A model generated the notes under the pieces. It was given only the letters and a program-made list of their open reading frames with translations. It searched no databases and had not been told where the DNA came from. Shown here one piece after another: positions 18,817 to 26,154 of a stretch of DNA of 64,000 nt. This DNA comes from an uncultured Actinomycetes bacterium (GTDB lineage: Bacteria; Actinomycetota; Coriobacteriia; Anaerosomatales; PHET01). Each line of letters opens with the position of its first letter. Position 1 is the first letter of the stretch. Location of the stretch: assembly GCA_963770765.1 (NCBI GenBank), contig CAVYQS010000012.1, positions 30,333 to 94,332 of the forward strand. The letters are read 5' to 3'. Both the position numbers and the translations under genes were made by a program.

Positions 18817-18912
18817 GCGCCGGCGCGCACACGACCAGGCCGGCGCCGACCCTCCATCCCTCTCATGTCACGCTCCGTTGCCCGCTGGGCACCGGAGCGT
18901 GGCTCCGACCGA

Positions 18913-19359
18913 TCAGCTCAACCCTTTGAGCTCGGACATGAACTCGTCAAGGTCTTGAAACTCCTTGTACACCGATGCGAACCGCACGTAAGCGACCTTG
19001 TCGAGGTCCTTGAGCCGCAGAAGCACCATGTCACCGACCTGACTGCTGTCCACCTCGTACCTGAAGGTGTTGTGCAACTCGGACTCGATATCGTCAATCA
19101 GACCCTCGAGTCGTTCGACCGGCACACCGCGCTTGGCGGTCGCGACGATCAGCCCCCTGATGAGTTTGGCCCGGTCGAACGGTTCGGGCTGACCATCCTT
19201 CTTCACCACCATCAGCGGCATCTCTTCGCGCCGTTCGTAGGTAGTGAAACGTTCCCCACACGACAGGCACTCCCGCCTTCGCCTGATCGCGTCCTGGGAT
19301 TCAGAGGTGCGCGAGTCTACGACCTTCGTCTCATCGTGACCGCAGAAAGGACAGCGCAT
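18913..19359 (-). CDS. nrdR: transcriptional repressor NrdR
   Basis: MRCPFCGHDETKVVDSR...CLSCGERFTTYE zinc ribbon plus an ATP-cone. ATG 19359 chosen inside the longer ORF. Confidence 0.93.
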   Translation of the reverse strand: MRCPFCGHDETKVVDSRTSESQDAIRRRRECLSCGERFTTYERREEMPLMVVKKDGQPEPFDRAKLIRGLIVATAKRGVPVERLEGLIDDIESELHNTFRYEVDSSQVGDMVLLRLKDLDKVAYVRFASVYKEFQDLDEFMSELKGLS

Positions 19360-19366
19360 CGCTTCA

Positions 19367-19413
19367 CCCCCATATCTAGGCTGACCTGAAAGGTAGCACA
19401 CAAGATATGGGGC
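19367..19413 (-). promoter_or_regulatory. pair of NrdR-box-like 16-mers upstream of nrdR
   Basis: 19398..19413 reads ACACAAGATATGGGGC (12/16 to my recalled consensus acaCwAtATaTwGtgt). 19367..19382 reads CCCCCATATCTAGGCT (10/16). Centres are 31 bp apart. The arms CCCCATATCT / AGATATGGGG are inverted. Confidence 0.45.
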
Positions 19414-19505
19414 TACAATGGATTCTGAGCTGGATGGTGGCGATTCGCCATCGCGACCCGCGTGGCACCGCGCGAACGGCCCGGGTATCCGGGGACGACG
19501 AACTG

Positions 19506-19859
19506 TCAGCGCATCGCCACCGCGGCGTCTCGCGTGCCGGACGGGACGAGCAGTGTCGTACCCGCCTGAAGCGATCCGCTCTCAAGATCGTTCTTCTCGG
19601 CGATCAGCTCGACGGTCTGAGCGGTCGTGAATCCCTCCACCGGATGCGCCCTCGCAAGCTGCCACAACGTCTGTCCCGCTTCCACCTTGACCGGAGACAG
19701 CGTGGCCTCTGACGTTGGAGATATCACACTGACAGCCGCCAGCACGAGAGCGATCCCGACGGCCGCCAGCGTGAACCACTCGACGAGGGTCAATCCGTCG
19801 CGACCGCGTCTGTGGCTCGTCTGTATGACAACGTTGGAGTGTGAGTATGTGTACGTCAT
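19506..19859 (-). CDS. LysM-domain membrane protein (position and architecture of the mycobacterial SOS-induced ChiZ/Rv2719c type)
   Basis: ATG 19859 after GGGGAGCG. TM helix, then a LysM-like segment VKVEAGQTLWQLARAH...LQAGTTLLVP. Divergent from lexA with shared SOS boxes. Confidence 0.75.
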   Translation of the reverse strand: MTYTYSHSNVVIQTSHRRGRDGLTLVEWFTLAAVGIALVLAAVSVISPTSEATLSPVKVEAGQTLWQLARAHPVEGFTTAQTVELIAEKNDLESGSLQAGTTLLVPSGTRDAAVAMR

Positions 19860-19934
19860 GGTGCGCTCCCCGCTCGCGTGCTGATTCGACGACGTCACTC
19901 TAGTCCGCGGCTCTGACATCGAAGCATCTGCTGC

Positions 19935-19950
19935 CAGAACATATGTTCGC
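19935..19950. promoter_or_regulatory. LexA (SOS) box 1
   Basis: CAGAAC-ATAT-GTTCGC, actinobacterial type TCGAAC-N4-GTTCGA. Confidence 0.8.
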
Positions 19951-19961
19951 ATCAGATGATA

Positions 19962-19977
19962 GCGAACATATGTTCGG
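19962..19977. promoter_or_regulatory. LexA (SOS) box 2
   Basis: GCGAAC-ATAT-GTTCGG. Confidence 0.85.
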
Positions 19978-19991
19978 TGTCAAGTCCGAAT

Positions 19992-20052
19992 ACGAACGCG
20001 TGTTTGCACCCGGGAGCTTGGGGTATTACACTCGCCACGTACACGTGTTCGA
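19992..20052. promoter_or_regulatory. two weaker LexA-box-like sites proximal to lexA
   Basis: 19992..20007 reads ACGAAC-GCGT-GTTTGC. 20037..20052 reads ACGTAC-ACGT-GTTCGA. Confidence 0.5.
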
Positions 20053-20068
20053 TACTCAAGGGGATGTC

Positions 20069-20692
20069 ATGGCATACCAGCGCGAACTCACCAAGCGCCA
20101 GCAACAGATCCTCGACTTCATCCGCAGCGAGATACACCGAGTCGGCTACCCTCCCAGCGTCCGTGAGATCGGTGAGGCGATCGGCCTGTCATCATCTTCG
20201 ACCGTTCACTCTCATCTGGCTGCACTGGAGGCCAAGGGATTCATCCGGCGCGATCCGAGCAAGCCGCGCGCGCTTGAAGTGCTGGACTTCCGCGACAACG
20301 ACTCCGCCGTGGACTACGGGAGCGTCTTCTCTGTCCCGGTCGTGGGACAGGTCGCAGCGGGCCAACCCATCCTGGCCGCCGAGAACATCGAGCAGACCAT
20401 CCCCTTGCCGGCCGAGTTCGCAGGAGAACAGACGTTCATCTTGCGCGTGCGCGGAGAGTCGATGATCGACGCGGGCATCTTCGAAGGGGACTTCGTCGTG
20501 GTCAAGCAGCAGAACCACGCGAACAACGGTGACATCGTCGTGGCGATGCTCGACGAAGAGGCCACCGTGAAGACCTTCTACCGAGAGGCGGACCGCATCC
20601 GTCTCCAGCCTCAGAACGCCACGATGGACCCCATCTACGCCCTCGATGTCGCCATCCTCGGCAAGGTGGTGGCGCTCTTCAGGCGGCTGTAG
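20069..20692 (+). CDS. lexA: LexA repressor
   Basis: ATG 20069 after AAGGGGA. Winged [33 protein letters not shown], cleavage-site region VAAG, S24 peptidase core GESMIDAGI...VVAML. Confidence 0.95.
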   Translation: MAYQRELTKRQQQILDFIRSEIHRVGYPPSVREIGEAIGLSSSSTVHSHLAALEAKGFIRRDPSKPRALEVLDFRDNDSAVDYGSVFSVPVVGQVAAGQPILAAENIEQTIPLPAEFAGEQTFILRVRGESMIDAGIFEGDFVVVKQQNHANNGDIVVAMLDEEATVKTFYREADRIRLQPQNATMDPIYALDVAILGKVVALFRRL

Positions 20693-20737
20693 CGGTCCGT
20701 CGGGGTGCCCGAGGGGTCCCGTGCTCAAGCATACTCG

Positions 20738-20764
20738 CAGGGGCCGCTCGATGAGCGGCCCCTG
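20738..20764. terminator. bidirectional terminator hairpin between the convergent lexA and hflX genes
   Basis: CAGGGGCCGCTC-gat-GAGCGGCCCCTG, a perfect 12-bp stem. Confidence 0.6.
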
Positions 20765-20799
20765 TTGCGTGACTGCGCTCTGGACCCCGCGGGCACGCT

Positions 20800-22107
20800 C
20801 TAGTCTGTGGGCTCCTGGAGGAAGTCGTTGAACTGCGAAGACAAGGCGGGAGACGTACGCAAGACCAGTGCCGTGCCTTGCTCGGTGTGGCGCTCGGAAA
20901 GGATCTGGGTCTTCTCGTGAGCCAGCTTCACGAGATCGCCACGGGTATAGGGCACGAGTACCGACAACGTGACGCTGCCACGAGCTGCCTCCTCGGCGAT
21001 GCGACGTACCAGCCCCTCGACACCTTCGCCCGTGAGCGCCGAGACGAAGACCGCTGTGGGGTAGCGCTTCTCGAGAGCAGCTCTGTCGACTGCGTCGACG
21101 GTGTCCGTCTTGTTGAACACGACGACACCCGGCTTGGTGTGGGCGCCGATCTCCTGCAACACCTCTCGGACGGACTGCATCTGGGCTTCACGCTGGTGCG
21201 CGCCCGCGTCCGTCACATACAGGAGCAGGTCAGCTTCGTTGACCTCGTCGAGCGTCGACTTGAATGCTTCCACAAGGCCGTGAGGCAGCTTGTTGATGAA
21301 GCCGACCGTGTCGGTGACGGTGACGTTGCGCCCCTCGGGGAGATCGAGGCGGCGGGTGGTCGAATCGAGCGTGGCGAACAGCATGTCCTCGGCCAGTACG
21401 CCGGCGCCGGTCAGCGCGTTGAGCAGCGTTGACTTGCCGGCGTTGGTGTAGCCCACCAGCGCGATCCGGAAGACTCCGCTGTCTGCTCGGCGCTTGCGTT
21501 GCGTTTGGCGCTCGAGGGCCACGTCTCTGAGCTCGCGCTTGAGTTCGCTGATGCGCCGGCGTGACATCCGACGGTCCGACTCGAGCTGGGATTCACCCGC
21601 CCCGAAGCGTGTGCCGCGACCACCGCCCAAGCGCTCACGCTCGAGGTGTCCCCACATACCCTTCAGACGAGGAAGCACGTACTCGAGCCTCGCGAGCTCG
21701 ACTTGGAGCTTGCCTTCGCGGCTCACCGCATGAAGCCCGAAGATCGCGAGGATCACCGCGGTGCGGTCCATCACCTTGGCGTCGGGGATCAGGCCCTCGA
21801 GGTTCGCTTGCTGACTGGGGCTGAGCTCGTCGTCGAACAAGACAACAGAGGCTTCCAGCGACTTCGCGAGTTCGGCAACCTCTTCAGCCTTGCCGGGCCC
21901 GATGAACGTGCGGGAGTGCGGGCGCTCCATCTTCTGGGTCACACTCGCGCACACATCAGCACCCATCGTGTGAGCGAGCCGTTCGAGCTCTTCGAGCGAC
22001 TCCTCGACCGGCCAGTCGGAACGACCCCTGTCGATGCCGACGAGCACCGCACGATCACGGCGCTCGTCGAGTTCGGTTCCTGTGGTGGGATACTGACGCT
22101 TGCTCAC
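20800..22107 (-). CDS. hflX: GTPase HflX
   Basis: GTG 22107 lies 16 nt after the upstream stop. HflX N-domain, G1 GYTNAGKST, G3 DTVGF, G4 NKTD. Confidence 0.9.
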   Translation of the reverse strand: MSKRQYPTTGTELDERRDRAVLVGIDRGRSDWPVEESLEELERLAHTMGADVCASVTQKMERPHSRTFIGPGKAEEVAELAKSLEASVVLFDDELSPSQQANLEGLIPDAKVMDRTAVILAIFGLHAVSREGKLQVELARLEYVLPRLKGMWGHLERERLGGGRGTRFGAGESQLESDRRMSRRRISELKRELRDVALERQTQRKRRADSGVFRIALVGYTNAGKSTLLNALTGAGVLAEDMLFATLDSTTRRLDLPEGRNVTVTDTVGFINKLPHGLVEAFKSTLDEVNEADLLLYVTDAGAHQREAQMQSVREVLQEIGAHTKPGVVVFNKTDTVDAVDRAALEKRYPTAVFVSALTGEGVEGLVRRIAEEAARGSVTLSVLVPYTRGDLVKLAHEKTQILSERHTEQGTALVLRTSPALSSQFNDFLQEPTD

Positions 22108-22123
22108 GCTTGAGTGTATGCCC

Positions 22124-23281
22124 CTACAGCCCGGTCTTGATGCGCTCGAGGGCCTCGACCAGGCGGTCGTCGGGAGTGGCCAGCGAGATCCGGATGTAGC
22201 CTTCGCCGTCGGGACCATACGAGTTTCCCGGGGCGACGATCACACCGACCTTGTCGAGCAGCTCGCCGGCGTACTGCGCCGAGGTGTAGCCAGCGGGGAT
22301 CTTGGCCCACACGTAGATCGTGCCCTTCGGCACGCGAGCCGACAGGCCGATGGAGCCTAGGGCGTCCATGACGAGATCCCGACGACGCTGGTAGAGCGCG
22401 CACATCTCGGCCACGTCGTCCTGTGGACCGAGCATGGCTTCGATCGCGGCGTCTTGTACGGCCGTGAAGGCGCCCGAGTCGATGTTGGATTTCACGGTGC
22501 CAAACGCCTTGATCGCTTGTGCATTGCCGGCAGCGAACGCGATACGCCAGCCGGTCATGTTGTACGCCTTCGAGCAGCTGAACAGCTCTATGGCGACATC
22601 CTTGGCACCCGGACGCTCCAGGAAGCTGGGTGGCTTGTAGCCGTCGAACGCGATCTCGGAGTAGGCGTTGTCGTGCACGACGAGCAGGTCGTGCTCCTTG
22701 GCGAAAGCGATCGCGCGGTCGAAGTACTCCGGCGTGGCGATCGCCGAAGACGGGTTGTTCGGGTAGCTCAGGAACATCACCTTGGCCTTGGCGAGCACCT
22801 CGGGTGGCGTGGACTCGAAGTCGGCCATCCAATCATTCGAGTCATTCATCGGCATCCAGTGCGTCTTGCCGCCGACGAGGATGCCGCCGGTGTGGTAGAC
22901 GGGGTAGCCGACACCCGGCACAAGCGTGTACTCGTCGACATCGACGAACGCGGGGAAGATGTGCGCGATGCCTTCCTTGGATCCGATGAGCGCGAGGACC
23001 TCGGTCGCAGGATCGACTTCGACCTCGAAGCGGCGCTTGAGCCACTCGGCGCATGCCGTGCGGTACGGCATCGAGCCGGAATAGCTCGGATACTGGTGGT
23101 TCTTCGGGTTCTTGATCGCCTCAGCCATCGCGTCGATGATGCGCTGCGGGGTGGGCATGTCCGGATCACCGATGCCGAGCGAGATCACGTCCACGCCCTC
23201 GGCCTGCTTCGCCTCCTTCTTGCGGTCGATCTCAGCGAACAGGTACGGCGGCAGGTTCTCGATACGCTTGGCGGTCCTCAC
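22124..23281 (-). CDS. dapL: class I PLP aminotransferase, LL-diaminopimelate aminotransferase-like (DapL type, about 385 aa form)
   Basis: GTG start after AAGGGGAGAGGG. Motifs: IENLPPYLFAEIDRKK, ISLGIGDPDMPTP, SYPNNP, and PLP lysine context SCSKAYNMTGWR. The specific DapL assignment rests on recall plus dapF proximity. Confidence 0.65.
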   Translation of the reverse strand: MRTAKRIENLPPYLFAEIDRKKEAKQAEGVDVISLGIGDPDMPTPQRIIDAMAEAIKNPKNHQYPSYSGSMPYRTACAEWLKRRFEVEVDPATEVLALIGSKEGIAHIFPAFVDVDEYTLVPGVGYPVYHTGGILVGGKTHWMPMNDSNDWMADFESTPPEVLAKAKVMFLSYPNNPSSAIATPEYFDRAIAFAKEHDLLVVHDNAYSEIAFDGYKPPSFLERPGAKDVAIELFSCSKAYNMTGWRIAFAAGNAQAIKAFGTVKSNIDSGAFTAVQDAAIEAMLGPQDDVAEMCALYQRRRDLVMDALGSIGLSARVPKGTIYVWAKIPAGYTSAQYAGELLDKVGVIVAPGNSYGPDGEGYIRISLATPDDRLVEALERIKTGL

Positions 23282-23392
23282 GTTAGCCCTCTCCCCTTAC
23301 GATTGGCGGCGGAGTTCACGTACGTACGGCGCGGGGGCGTGCCGTGCGAGACATGGTAACACTCGTCGACGGGGAAACGGGTTGCGGGAAGG

Positions 23393-24280
23393 TTACGCGG
23401 AGCGCCCCGATCGCGACAGCGGACGGTATACCGCCACGTTCGCGGAGAGCACCGTGAGGAACGGCTCCTCGAGGGCTGATACCCGCGCCGCGAGCTCTGC
23501 TGGGGAAGCGTGTGCGCCGGTGGGTCCCATTCCGGCCGCTGCGAGCGCCTGGGGGCGCGTGAGGCGCAGCTCGGAGGTGACGAGCGTCTCCGATGCGAGG
23601 CCGAAGTACCCCGAGAGCTTCTCGGTCAGTCGAACCTGCTTGTCGGGGTCCACCGTCAGCATGCCGATGGCAGACACGAGCGACGCCAGGTGTAGCGCTG
23701 TCGGCGTCACGACGACGAGCGCGCCGTCCCGCGCGAGCACGCGGTGGAACTCGGAGGCGTTGCGCGGCGAGAAGATGTCGAGTACCAGCGCAGCCGCGCG
23801 ATCGCGCAACGGCAGCGGCTTCCAGACGTCCGCCACCACGACCCCGGCGTCCGGCAGTGCCCGAGCGGCCACGCGGCACGCGAGTTTGGAGATGTCGAGG
23901 CTGATCCCCCGCCGCTCCGGCATCGCGTCGAGCACCGCTCCGAGGTAGTCGCCGGTGCCTCCGCCTGCATCGAGAACGATGCCCGTGACGTCCTCGTCGA
24001 CTGCATCGCGTGCGGCTCGGGCGACAGCGTGGAGCAGCGGGTCGAAGGGACCCGCCGACAGGAACATCCCGCGGGCCGCAACCATCTCGGCGGTATCCGC
24101 GGTCGACGCCTTCGCCCGACCGGGGAGCAGGTTGACGTAGCCTTCGCGCGCGACGTCGAAGGAGTGCCGAGACGCGCACGACAGCACCCCGTCGGTGAGC
24201 TCAAGCCGAGCCGAGCACACCGGACACACAAGAGCCTGCACGACACCCGCAAGCCCCGCACGGCTACTCTTCGTCATCAT
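23393..24280 (-). CDS. rlmA: 23S rRNA (guanine-N1)-methyltransferase RlmA-like
   Basis: N-terminal Zn ribbon LVCPVCSARL...SCASRHSFDVAREGYVNLLP as in E. coli RlmA. SAM motif LDAGGGTGDY. Confidence 0.8.
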   Translation of the reverse strand: MMTKSSRAGLAGVVQALVCPVCSARLELTDGVLSCASRHSFDVAREGYVNLLPGRAKASTADTAEMVAARGMFLSAGPFDPLLHAVARAARDAVDEDVTGIVLDAGGGTGDYLGAVLDAMPERRGISLDISKLACRVAARALPDAGVVVADVWKPLPLRDRAAALVLDIFSPRNASEFHRVLARDGALVVVTPTALHLASLVSAIGMLTVDPDKQVRLTEKLSGYFGLASETLVTSELRLTRPQALAAAGMGPTGAHASPAELAARVSALEEPFLTVLSANVAVYRPLSRSGRSA

Positions 24281-25148
24281 CCTCGGCGATCTCGATCGAA
24301 CCCGAGTAGACCTCCTCGGCCGGACCTGTCATGAAGACGTGGTCGTTCTCCGCCCACCGGATCGCCAACTCGCCGCCGAGCAGCTCAACCACGGCTTCTC
24401 GGCCGCCTCGGCAGTTCAACGCGGTCGCCACCGCGGCAGCGCACGCGCCGGTACCGCAGGCGAGCGTCTCGCCGACGCCGCGCTCCCATACTCGAAGCCG
24501 AATGATGTCGTCGCCCATGACCTGGGCGAACTCCACGTTGGTCTTCTTGGGGAAGAGCGGATGGGTCTCGATGACGGGCCCGATCTCATGGACGTCTGCC
24601 TCTTCCACGTCGTCGACGAAGATCACGACATGTGGGTTGCCCATCGAGACCGGCGTCACGTTGAAGGTGCCGAGTTCCGTCTCGAGCGCGCAATCGACGA
24701 CCATGTCGTCGTTCGAGCCGCACCGCATACCGGTGGGAATCGCCGCAGGCTTGAGCACCGGCTCACCCATGTCGACCGTGGCCAGATGCATCGTGCCGTC
24801 GTATGCGCGCGTGACCTCGATGCGGAGCACGCCGATGGCAGTCTCCACCGCCACGCTGTCCCGGTCGGCCGGGATGAGGCCCTTGTCGACCACGTACTTG
24901 GCGAAGCACCTGATGCCGTTGCCGCACATCTCAGCGACGGAACCGTCGCTGTTGCGGAACCACCAGGAGAAGTCCGCGCCATCGACGGTCGCGGGTCGGA
25001 TGAGTACGAGCCCGTCGGCTCCGATACCGAAGTTGCGGTCGCAGAACCACTCGACCGCCTCGGGAGCGAAATCGAGCTCCTCGGTACGGTCGTCGATCAC
25101 GATGAAGTCGTTGCCAAGCCCGTGCATCTTGGTGAACGAAAGCTTCAC
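24264..25148 (-). CDS. dapF: diaminopimelate epimerase
   Basis: FTKMHGLGNDFIVID, with catalytic Cys contexts MCGNGIRC and ACGTGACA. Confidence 0.93.
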   Translation of the reverse strand: MKLSFTKMHGLGNDFIVIDDRTEELDFAPEAVEWFCDRNFGIGADGLVLIRPATVDGADFSWWFRNSDGSVAEMCGNGIRCFAKYVVDKGLIPADRDSVAVETAIGVLRIEVTRAYDGTMHLATVDMGEPVLKPAAIPTGMRCGSNDDMVVDCALETELGTFNVTPVSMGNPHVVIFVDDVEEADVHEIGPVIETHPLFPKKTNVEFAQVMGDDIIRLRVWERGVGETLACGTGACAAAVATALNCRGGREAVVELLGGELAIRWAENDHVFMTGPAEEVYSGSIEIAEDDDEE

Positions 25149-25182
25149 GTCCGCCCTCCCCTTGTCAGCTGGGTTCAGATGG

Positions 25183-26151
25183 TCAGTCTAGCGCTTCGAG
25201 CGCCGCATGCGTGGCTTCAGCGGTCGTCATGCCGGTGACGTCCACCCAGACCACCCTCGGATCGGCGCGGAACCAAGTCAGCTGCCGCTTCGCATAGCGG
25301 CGAGTCGCCTGTTTGATGTCATCGACCGCCGCATCGAGGTCGGCGTCGCGCTCGATCACGAACACGAGTTCCTTGTACCCGATGGCCTGCCGCGCGGTCA
25401 GCGCATCCCGGAAGCCGGCCTCCAGCAGCCCTTCCACCTCAGCGACGAGACCGGCCTCGATCATCGCATCGACGCGGCCGTCGATCCGCGCGTAGAGCTC
25501 GCCCCGCTCCATGGTCAGACCGACGAAGCGTGTGTCGTAGATGCTTCGGCGAGCCGAGAAGCCCTCGTTGTGACGAGCGTACGACACGTCGGCGTCGAGC
25601 AGCTCCAATGCGCGGATCACGCGGCGCGTGTTGTTGCAGTGGATCAGCGCCGCCGACTCCGGGTCGCGCGCCTGGAGCAGCGCGTAGAGCGCCTCGGGGC
25701 CTTCGTTGGCCGCAAACGACTCATAGCGCATGCGGGCGGCGTTGCCCTTCTGCCTGCCCGCAGGGAAGTCCATGGGGTCGAGCGCGGCTCGTACATAGAG
25801 ACCCGTACCACCTGCCACGACGGGGATCCGGGCTGCCGCAGTGATGCTCTCGATGGCCGCCCTGGCGGCCCGCTGGTAGAGGGCTGCCGAGAAGGGCTGT
25901 CCCGGTTCGACAAGGTCGAGGCAGTGGTACGGCACGGCTCGTGCCTCCGGTGCAGGCTTGGCCGTTCCGATATCCATGCCGCGGTAGACCTGCATGGAAT
26001 CGGCCGAGACGATCTCACCGCCCACCTGCAGGGCGATCTGCTCGGCTACGGCGGTCTTCCCAACCGCCGTGGGGCCCACCACCGCGATCACGTGTGTGGC
26101 GGAGGCTCCGGGTGCCGGCACCGGAAGGCTGGATGAGCTGCTCGTTGTCAT
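25183..26151 (-). CDS. miaA: tRNA dimethylallyltransferase
   Basis: P-loop GPTAVGKT, SADSMQVYRGMDIGTAKP, YAKRQLTWFR. Confidence 0.93.
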   Translation of the reverse strand: MTTSSSSSLPVPAPGASATHVIAVVGPTAVGKTAVAEQIALQVGGEIVSADSMQVYRGMDIGTAKPAPEARAVPYHCLDLVEPGQPFSAALYQRAARAAIESITAAARIPVVAGGTGLYVRAALDPMDFPAGRQKGNAARMRYESFAANEGPEALYALLQARDPESAALIHCNNTRRVIRALELLDADVSYARHNEGFSARRSIYDTRFVGLTMERGELYARIDGRVDAMIEAGLVAEVEGLLEAGFRDALTARQAIGYKELVFVIERDADLDAAVDDIKQATRRYAKRQLTWFRADPRVVWVDVTGMTTAEATHAALEALD

Positions 26152-26154
26152 GGT

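Noticed and set aside
25360-25371. GAAC-ACGA-GTTC LexA-core-like sequence
   Set aside because: It lies inside the miaA coding region, the flanks do not match TCGAAC/GTTCGA, and no promoter context exists. Probably chance.
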